Source of the DNA: an uncultured Fibrobacteria bacterium
GTDB taxonomy: Bacteria; Fibrobacterota; Fibrobacteria; UBA11236
NCBI GenBank assembly: GCA_963716395.1
Contig: OY970309.1
Coordinates: forward strand, 2,560,001 to 2,624,000
Direction: 5' to 3'
DNA: 64,000 nt
Position numbers and translations under genes: made by a program. Shown here piece by piece: positions 53,845 through 60,830 of the stretch; positions within the stretch are counted from its first letter, which is position 1, and every line of letters starts with the position of its first letter. Below the pieces are notes generated by a model. That model made no database searches, was not told the DNA's origin, and saw nothing but the letters and a program-made list of their open reading frames with translations.

Positions 53845-55533
53845 TCAGGGGAATTGCAATAAGGGCGAATTTGCTTGCTGATTTTCAAAGCTGAGTTTGA
53901 TGAAATCATCCGATCGGGCGGCCAGCGTTACCCAGATCTCGTCCAAGGTCCCTTGGAAATAAAAGCTGATGCCCGGCGGAGCCCAGAGGGCCAATACTCC
54001 GTAGCCCCAGCGCCAATAGCCCGTAATGTTTTCGGCCACCGTGGACGCGGGATCAGAAGCGACGAGCAGGCCGTCAACGAACAAGTCTTGGCCGCTGGCG
54101 GAGAGGCGTGCCACGACTTGGTGCCACGCGCCGTCGTTGAGCGGAGTGGGCGAATCGACGGTCTTAAAGATTCCGGGATTCGGATTGCTTTGATTCGCCG
54201 AGTCCGGCGGGTACACGGAAAAATGCACCGTCCCGTTGGGCGTCATGAAAATGTGACGATCCCGATAATTGGAGGTGGTGGATGTGTCCACATCGGTGAA
54301 ATCCAGGATCTTGCCGCCGTTCGTGGTTGTGGTCTTGAACCAGGCGGCCAGGGTGAACACCTGGGGGTTGGTGAAACTTCGCTGCGTTCCGGCGAATTGC
54401 GTCTGGCCGTCAAGCCCCATGCCGCTTTCCACCAAGCCGGGTACCGCACCGGCGGAAGCGGTGTAGCCGACGGCGATTCCCGGATTGTTGGCCCCGGAGG
54501 CGTCTTGATATTGGGGCGCGCCACCGCCCGGGCTTTCATCCAGATGCCAGACGCCGGCATACCCGTCGGCGGCCGCGAACACCGAATCGGTCGGGAAAGG
54601 AGCGGACGTATCGGTCTGGCCCCAAAGCATGTGGAGCGTTTGGATGGAATCGCCGAAGACCGTATCCACCCGCACCCAGGCTTCCGCCCGGGCGCCGGCC
54701 GAATCCCAGTGCTCGACGGCGCAGGGCAGCGGGTCGCCCGCGGCATTGGTGAAGCGGAGATCCGAGCCGTTACTGCGCGCCGAGGAGAAATCGAAATTGG
54801 CTTGCGAAAGCCGGACCAGCAGCGGAAAGCGCGTCACCGTGCCCGGTACGTCCGCGCCGCCCGCGGTGGTATTCAAAACCAGGGTCCGCGTGTATTTCCA
54901 CGACAAATAGGGCGCCGGCGCCGAAGTGGTCGAATCCGGTTTCACGGCGAGATCCCACGCAAAGGTCACCGGCCCTACCGTACCTTCCGGGTTACCGTAT
55001 TGGATCGAGTCGATTGTTCCGACGGGGATGGAATCCAGCCGGACGTTCCCCGCGGCGGATGCGATTTTTTGATGGAAGGTGGAGCCGGTTACATAGATGT
55101 AACCATCCGTCGTGTCGACGGCGCCGCGCAAGGCCACCATTACGGCTCCCGGGGGTTGCAGATTTTGGCCGGGAAGCTGCACGACACCTTGCGTGATTCG
55201 GATGCCTTGCAAACGCGCGCGCGCACCCGAGACCAAACTCACGGCTTCAAGATTGTAGATGCCGCTGTCGATTCCCGTGAAGTGGAACCGGCCTTGATCG
55301 TCGGTGGTATCGGCCCGCGGTGCGGCTTTCTTCGCGATGAAGTCCAACGTATTGAAATCGCTGGGCAGGAGATAAACCTGCGTGCGGGCGGCCGGCAGTC
55401 CCTTCGCCGTTCGGAAAACTCCGGCCGCGCCTTTGATCGGGTTCCCCGTTTCCGAACCGTCGAAGCACGCTTCGAAGCAGCACCCGGCGGCAAAGAGAAG
55501 AAGGCCTATCCGGAAAAAGGGGCGGCGCATCAT
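53845..55533 (-). CDS. Lipoprotein: carboxypeptidase-regulatory-like domain + DUF2341 + LamG/concanavalin A domain
   Basis: Cys-containing signal then GSETGNP; TTDDQGRFHF; FPLLVRL...FDFS.A..NGSDLRFT; GVWHLDE; LNDGAWHQVV, FQGTLDE. Confidence 0.82.
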   Translation of the reverse strand: MMRRPFFRIGLLLFAAGCCFEACFDGSETGNPIKGAAGVFRTAKGLPAARTQVYLLPSDFNTLDFIAKKAAPRADTTDDQGRFHFTGIDSGIYNLEAVSLVSGARARLQGIRITQGVVQLPGQNLQPPGAVMVALRGAVDTTDGYIYVTGSTFHQKIASAAGNVRLDSIPVGTIDSIQYGNPEGTVGPVTFAWDLAVKPDSTTSAPAPYLSWKYTRTLVLNTTAGGADVPGTVTRFPLLVRLSQANFDFSSARSNGSDLRFTNAAGDPLPCAVEHWDSAGARAEAWVRVDTVFGDSIQTLHMLWGQTDTSAPFPTDSVFAAADGYAGVWHLDESPGGGAPQYQDASGANNPGIAVGYTASAGAVPGLVESGMGLDGQTQFAGTQRSFTNPQVFTLAAWFKTTTTNGGKILDFTDVDTSTTSNYRDRHIFMTPNGTVHFSVYPPDSANQSNPNPGIFKTVDSPTPLNDGAWHQVVARLSASGQDLFVDGLLVASDPASTVAENITGYWRWGYGVLALWAPPGISFYFQGTLDEIWVTLAARSDDFIKLSFENQQANSPLLQFP

Positions 55534-56408
55534 GGCTTCGCCCGGGCGGGGATTTTCGAAAGGGGAAAAAACTGCGTGTTCAACTGGTAGACGCGATCGG
55601 GGTGGGGAAAATTCTGTTCCATGCCCAGAAGTTTCCGCCGGAAGGCGACGATCTCCTCTTTGAAAACTTCAAAAGCCTCGCGGGAAAGGCTCAACGTCAG
55701 CGTCGAAATGTCACGGACCGCGGGGTCGTGGCGATCGATCGCCTCTTTGGCCAAGTCCATGCAGGCGATTTGATAGTTCGCGACGTTCAATGATCTTACT
55801 TCCGGCCCCGTGGTGATGGGGTTTCCGGTTTGTCGGTACACGCCCTGCGCGTCCTGGGCGATGAATTTCAGATCTTCCAAAACCCGGATGGCTTTTTCCG
55901 CCTGCTCCGGAAGAATCGGCGGCTCCAACATCCTGGCCAGCGCGGCGTAATCGTCTTGGAAGCGGATGAGACCGATCAATTCGCGGAGGGCGCTGTAATA
56001 CCATTTGGAATAGAACTCGTATTGGCTGGATTGGATCAGAAAGGGCTCGACATTGCGGAAAGACATCATGCGCTCGAAATGGGTCCGCTTGTCGTCCAGA
56101 GTTTTGGCGTCATTGAAGTACACCATGTTTTCGAAATAAAGGGCTTCCTTTTTATTGAGCTTCATCGCGGCCGAAAATTTGGAGATGAGGCTTCGGCCCA
56201 AAGTGCGTTTGCCGTCGACCACGTTCTTGTAGAGTCCGGAAGAGTTGATCTTGGCGCGCAAGGCGAAATAGCGGTAGGAGAAAACCGGGTTTTTCTGTTT
56301 TTGAAAAGCGTAATAGGCGCGCAGATACGCACGGTAGTCCGTGAAGCCGAAAACCGAGGGGCAGGCGCTTTCGGCCATCGGGTTCTTTTCGCTTGCAAGG
56401 GTGGTCAT
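55530..56408 (-). CDS. TIGR02147 family protein (N-terminal HTH, DUF4423-like C-terminus)
   Basis: F.FTDYRAYLRAYY..K.....FSYRYFA.RA.I.S...K.V..GKR.L, E..YF..MV.F..AK, FYSKWYYSALRELI, RDISTLTL, VYQLN.Q.FPL. Confidence 0.88.
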   Translation of the reverse strand: MTTLASEKNPMAESACPSVFGFTDYRAYLRAYYAFQKQKNPVFSYRYFALRAKINSSGLYKNVVDGKRTLGRSLISKFSAAMKLNKKEALYFENMVYFNDAKTLDDKRTHFERMMSFRNVEPFLIQSSQYEFYSKWYYSALRELIGLIRFQDDYAALARMLEPPILPEQAEKAIRVLEDLKFIAQDAQGVYRQTGNPITTGPEVRSLNVANYQIACMDLAKEAIDRHDPAVRDISTLTLSLSREAFEVFKEEIVAFRRKLLGMEQNFPHPDRVYQLNTQFFPLSKIPARAKP

Positions 56409-56412
56409 TTAC

Positions 56413-56426
56413 GGAAACCGGTTTCC
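56413..56426. promoter_or_regulatory. Perfect palindrome GGAAACCGGTTTCC over the TIGR02147 translation start region (LacI-operator-like)
   Basis: 4 nt from the start codon; conserved in copy B at 60208-60221. Confidence 0.55.
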
Positions 56427-56506
56427 CGGTCGCGGGCGAAGTAAATCTGCAGGGCTATATATAAGCCGAACCCGAATCCGCGGAGGTCAAAGTCGATCTT
56501 TTTTTT

Positions 56507-56522
56507 GTTTCCAAATGGAAAC
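56507..56522. promoter_or_regulatory. Palindromic site GTTTCCAAATGGAAAC (copy 3)
   Basis: 43 bp upstream of TATATATA (56456-56463) for TIGR02147. Confidence 0.7.
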
Positions 56523-56592
56523 ACCTCAAGGAATTCAATCCGCTCGCCCGGTCCGTTCCAGTAAGACGTTCAAGTGCGGTCCCAGGTGTCGC

Positions 56593-56720
56593 GTTGTTGG
56601 GCCGCAACCTCGGCGGTCACTTGCCGCGGCGGCTGCTGTTGAAGATGGGGGCCTGGACCGTGCCTTGGGTTCGGGCACTTCGGGCAGCGTGCTGGCGCCG
56701 CTGCTCATTCTCGGCGGGAC
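56593..56720 (+). pseudogene. Internal fragment of the ClC channel gene (copy of 61757-61885)
   Basis: Matches LLGRNLGGHLPR..LLKMGAWTV.LGSGTSG.VLAPLLILGG with a 1-nt deletion. Confidence 0.9.
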
Positions 56721-56746
56721 CGGCAATCCACGCGATCTCTCACGTC

Positions 56747-57110
56747 CATGCCTAGGTCCGCCGCGAACCCGAAAAAACCGCGCTCTACCAGGTCTTTCAC
56801 AGGTACCTGCCCAGCTTCGAGCGGATGTGGACCGGCGCCGATTCGTGGAATTGCCTACCCAAGCATGCCACCCAGGAGTTACAGGAATTCCTGGCCGGCG
56901 GCATGCTCTCGCATGGTTTCGCGCAAATGCTTTGCGACTCTTGCCGCAAACGGCACCTGGTGGCCTTTCCGACGCAGGTCGATCGACGGAACCGCCCAAG
57001 GTTGTGAAGCCCGAGCCGCCGGAGACTGAAGCGATTGAACTCGATGGGGACGATGATGGCACCGGCGAATCCGACGCAAGCGAAGGCACGGATTGGCCGA
57101 GTATCCGGAT
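56747..57110 (+). mobile_element. IS91-family (rolling-circle) transposase remnant, internally deleted
   Basis: Frame reads A*VRREPEKTALYQVFHRYL..F...LP.H...E..EFL..GML.HGFA...CDSC....LVAF (zinc-binding N-terminus), then jumps to a TEPPKV.PEPP acidic C-terminus-like segment. Confidence 0.75.
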
Positions 57111-57529
57111 TGGCTGGGATGCTGGTTCACCGGCACGCTACCCTGCGGGGGAAGGGTGCGGTGTGCCTTGGGCTGAATCGGAGGGAGATTCCGCCGGGGG
57201 AAAGTGGAATGCGGGCGGGGGAAATCGGGGGTTGTGGTTGGAATTGAAGGGTTGTGGATGGGAGGGTTGGGCTGGGGAGGGTGGCCATGAGTGGAAAACA
57301 GGGTTTGATTTATCGAGGCCCTTTTTCAATAATGAGAAATTTTAGGAGCGCTGCTAGAGGCACTATTTTCAAGTCCGCCAAGTTAGCAGCACAAGCTGTC
57401 GCCAATGTTCCGACACATTACCGTCGGCAACACCATTGGATTCGCATTCCCCGAAATTATTCAACAACTTCTCTTCAACCGAGATTAGAGCGGCCGCAAC
57501 CCGTGGCGAAATCTTTTTTCAGCCCACTA

Positions 57530-59224
57530 TCAACGCGGTAGCCAGTTAACCAACTTCCGGGTCACCTTCGTCCCGCCAGCATTCAACCTGAGGATGTAGC
57601 TTCCACGGCCTAATGATGTGGGAATTGCAGTAGTGTAAACGCCCGCCGGTTTGAATCCGTCCGCGAGAACGGCCACAATGTTTCCGCGCATATCCACAAC
57701 ATCCACTTTTACCGCAGCGCCTGAAGCGATAGAATAGGTGATGGCTCTGTTCTTATAATGCAAGGATACGCCTGAAGCCACCCTCGCCGGTTTGGGTGTG
57801 AGGATAGGCGACGTCGACACGGAGTCGTCGAGAACCATGAATTGAAAAAGGGAATAACCGCTACCGGGTCCAGCATGATCGGTGCCGTACATGCGCACAT
57901 AGCGGGCGGAGGTGGTGGCAAAAGTTTCGTCGGTCACCGACCGCGCCCCGCCCTTGGTGGTGCTGAATACGTCGGTCCACGCCGTGTTGTCGTTGGATAG
58001 TTGGATTTTGAACGACTTCGCATACGTCGAATCCCATTTTAAAATGACCCGATTCACCGGCATGGAAGAGCCGAGATCGACCGTGATCCACTGCGGATCG
58101 CCGCTCCCGCTGACCCATTCCGTATTCATATAATTCTGCCAATTCGAAGGGGCCGTTACGTTGCCCGGCAAATTGCTACCTGTGCTCGAGGACGCGGTTG
58201 CAGGCTTATGCAGCGCCACGTTTCTTTGACTGTCGATGGCGCGCCATATTCCCCGATCGGGATCGACTTCCCAATCCTGATAATAGTTGATCACCACCGA
58301 GTCTTTCGGAGTGAAGGTGATGGGCAACCAGGCATAATCCCCGTTCCGTGCCGGATGGGGTCTCTTCCAGCGGTCGCCCGCATACATCTGCACGGTATCT
58401 TCCGTGCCCTTGAAGCGGAACACAAAGTCGCATTGCGTGTCCCAAGAGGTCTTATAGGCATCGCCGGGAGCGATGATGGGAACCAGATTGGTCGTCCAGG
58501 GCCCACTAATACTCGGGGCCGTAAAGTATTGGGTTTCCGAAGGGTCTATGCCCAACATCTTCGAGGTCATGTAATAGTATAGGCCGCGGCGTTTCATCAT
58601 CAGCTCCGCTTCGCGGTCACTATTAGACCAAACCTGCATTTGTTTCTGCAGATTGATATAGTCGGGTGTCATCAACGCAAAACTTTGGGTCGTCGCGCCG
58701 TTATTCCATATTTCCCACAAGTAGTAGGCTTTGCCGTCATCATCCTTGAATACCGACATGTCCCCGGTATTCGCGCCGTAAACGGTGCTGTCAAACATTT
58801 TCGTGAAAGGCCCGGTGGGGCTGTCGCTGAGCGCGATGGCCCGGTTGCACCACTCCGGACCGGGCGTCTCCCATTTGATGACCATGACGTATTTCTTCGT
58901 CGAGTCGTTATACAACACATCCATGCGATTCGATCCCCGGGAGGCGACGAGCATGGTGCCGTGGTTTGTCCAATGCAGCAGGTCCGTCGACGAGTAACAG
59001 GTTTGAATCGTCTGGGTCGGGTCGCAGCCATACCAGTAATACGTTCCCCCGAATTTGTTTAGGCATCCGCTCCGGGTGTGAATCGGGTTCCCGTCCAGGT
59101 CGTATTGGAAAAAATCATTATGGATTGTGAGCCACTTTGCTTGCGAGCTTAATACGGTCAAGGCGAGGGCCAACACCGACCGTTGCAACACCTGAGTCCA
59201 TGCCGAAATTTTCGAACTGCTCAT
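57530..59224 (-). CDS. Secreted GH43 (subfamily 24-like, exo-beta-1,3-galactanase-like) + CBM32/F5-8 domain + T9SS-like tail
   Basis: YYWYG, YSSTDLLHW, DMSVFKDDDGKAY, REA, TQ, GDRW, YAWLP; NVALHKPATASS..WITVDLG..ARYVRM; tail DMRG.IV...GSYILRL. Confidence 0.86.
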   Translation of the reverse strand: MSSSKISAWTQVLQRSVLALALTVLSSQAKWLTIHNDFFQYDLDGNPIHTRSGCLNKFGGTYYWYGCDPTQTIQTCYSSTDLLHWTNHGTMLVASRGSNRMDVLYNDSTKKYVMVIKWETPGPEWCNRAIALSDSPTGPFTKMFDSTVYGANTGDMSVFKDDDGKAYYLWEIWNNGATTQSFALMTPDYINLQKQMQVWSNSDREAELMMKRRGLYYYMTSKMLGIDPSETQYFTAPSISGPWTTNLVPIIAPGDAYKTSWDTQCDFVFRFKGTEDTVQMYAGDRWKRPHPARNGDYAWLPITFTPKDSVVINYYQDWEVDPDRGIWRAIDSQRNVALHKPATASSSTGSNLPGNVTAPSNWQNYMNTEWVSGSGDPQWITVDLGSSMPVNRVILKWDSTYAKSFKIQLSNDNTAWTDVFSTTKGGARSVTDETFATTSARYVRMYGTDHAGPGSGYSLFQFMVLDDSVSTSPILTPKPARVASGVSLHYKNRAITYSIASGAAVKVDVVDMRGNIVAVLADGFKPAGVYTTAIPTSLGRGSYILRLNAGGTKVTRKLVNWLPR

Positions 59225-59873
59225 ACCGAACCTTTCGTTTCCATGCCGATGGCTTAAAAGAGCCGGGGAAAATCGAATCCCTGTTCTGAAAATCCGGTCG
59301 GTTGCCATTTCAATTCAACATAATAGTGCGGCTTTACGGGAAAGGTGTTGCCATTCTTAATGTAGGTCGACCCTATGGAAGGTTTTTCGGAAAACGATCA
59401 TTTGGAAAGCGACCCTAAGGAAAGTCCATAAAAGCCCATTACCGATAAGAATTCTTAAACGGAATCCTTCGGTTCGCATTTCCTCCCCTTCAACACCTTT
59501 TCTTTGGCGGACTTCGAGGCCGCCGCAAGGGCGAAGAGTCTGCATTTTTCCCAATGGGGCGGAAGGCGTATACGACTGAAATCGCAGCGCCTCGGCCCAA
59601 CTTCGTGCCCGTGTTTGTTGCCGTTGGGAATTGGACGTAAAATGGACGTAACTACTGATTTATATATCCGGGGTGACCCTTGCCGGCAACCATTTCGGAT
59701 CCCATTCTGCCCAAGCAATAGAAATACCGAAAGAGCACTGGGGTGAGCAGGATCCTTTAATTCGTGTTTTGGCTCACCCGCACCGAAAGAGAAATATTTT
59801 CATTGAATCGGGACGCCTGGGTCTGGCCGCACAGTTTGGTTTACAGGCGGACTAACATTTGTTGCCTATTTTT

Positions 59874-60203
59874 TTAAGGGGGCGGGGAACAAAGACTTTT
59901 GGCGTCATTGAAGTACACCATGTTTTCGAAATAAAGGGCTTCTTTTTTATTGAGCTTCATCGCGGCCGAAAATTTGGAGATGAGGCTTCGGCCCAAAGTG
60001 CGCTTGCCATCGACCACATTCTTGTAGAGTCCGGAAGAGTTGATCTTGGCGCGCAAGGCGAAATAGCGGTACGAGAAAACGGCGTTCTTCTGTTTTTGAA
60101 AAGTGTAATAGGCGCGCAGATACGCACGGTAGTCCGTGAAGCCGAAAACCGAGGGGCAGGCGCTTTCGGCCATCGGGTTCTTTTCGCTTGCAAGGGTGGT
60201 CAT
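59874..60203 (-). pseudogene. Truncated second copy of TIGR02147 gene
   Basis: First ~102 codons nearly identical to 55530-56408, then breaks into SLCSPPP*. Confidence 0.9.
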
Positions 60204-60301
60204 TTACGGAAACCGGTTTCCCGGTCGCGGGCGAAGTAAATCTGCAGGGCTATATATAAGCCGAACCCGAATCCGCGGAGGTCACAGTCGATCTTTTTTT
60301 T

Positions 60302-60317
60302 GTTTCCAAATGGAAAC
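60302..60317. promoter_or_regulatory. Palindromic site GTTTCCAAATGGAAAC (copy 4, within repeat copy B)
   Basis: Same position relative to the truncated TIGR02147 copy. Confidence 0.65.
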
Positions 60318-60329
60318 ACCTCAAGGAAT

Positions 60330-60746
60330 TCAATCCGTTCGCGCGATCCGTTCCAGTAAAACGTTCAAGTGCGGTCCCAGGCGCTGCAACTCGGCGCGGT
60401 GCACAGCGCTGAGGCGATCGAGTAAATCTTTTCCCCATGGCGTGAGGCTTACGAAGACCTGGCGTCGATCCGTGGTGGCGGTCGTGCGCGCCATCAATCC
60501 TTGCCGGACCAGCCGGTTCACCAGGCCCACGGCGCTGTGGTGCCGGATTTGCAATTGCTCCGCCAATTCTCCCAGGGTGACACGTTCACGCCCGGGAAAA
60601 CCTTCCACCGCCAGCAAAGCTTGGTGTTGCTGCGGCTCCAGGCCGAGGGGGCGCGCGGCCTCTTCGCTGAAGCGCAAAAAGCGCCGCAGGGCGTAGCGGA
60701 ACGCCGCCAGGTGCTCGTATTCGGATTTTTGCAGTCGTTTTTTCAA
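60330..60746 (-). CDS. MarR family transcriptional regulator
   Basis: LAAFRYALRRFLRFSEEAAR, QQHQALL, TLGELAEQL.I.HHSAVGLVNRL, DRR.V.V.LT..G; TTG start inferred. Confidence 0.9.
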   Translation of the reverse strand: MKKRLQKSEYEHLAAFRYALRRFLRFSEEAARPLGLEPQQHQALLAVEGFPGRERVTLGELAEQLQIRHHSAVGLVNRLVRQGLMARTTATTDRRQVFVSLTPWGKDLLDRLSAVHRAELQRLGPHLNVLLERIARTD

Positions 60747-60781
60747 GGTCTCAAGTAAAAAATAGGCAACCGCGCGCCTTG

Positions 60782-60806
60782 ATATATATCGTAATACGAT
60801 ATATAT
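60782..60806. promoter_or_regulatory. 25-bp perfect palindrome between divergent MarR and ClC genes (probable MarR operator)
   Basis: ATATATATCGTA-A-TACGATATATAT. Confidence 0.8.
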
Positions 60807-60830
60807 TCCGGCCCCGTCTGAAGGTCGTGC

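Larger units (their letters stand above)
56102..56586. repeat. 485-bp near-identical direct repeat, copy A (copy B 59897-60381)
   Basis: Constant offset of 3795 at both ends; covers TIGR02147 5' third, its promoter and the last 17 codons of MarR. Confidence 0.95.

Noticed and set aside
56341-57345. 334-aa plus-strand ORF as a real gene
   Set aside because: It is a chance read-through of promoter, MarR, ClC and IS91 fragments
59330-59870. Riboswitch (c-di-GMP or glycine) upstream of GH43
   Set aside because: Consensus aptamer elements could not be matched by eye; only weak half-sites such as GTTGCCATT are present
50271-60317. GTTTC...GAAAC units resembling CRISPR repeat ends
   Set aside because: Only 16 bp, kilobases apart, with no spacers and no cas genes; better explained as promoter sites
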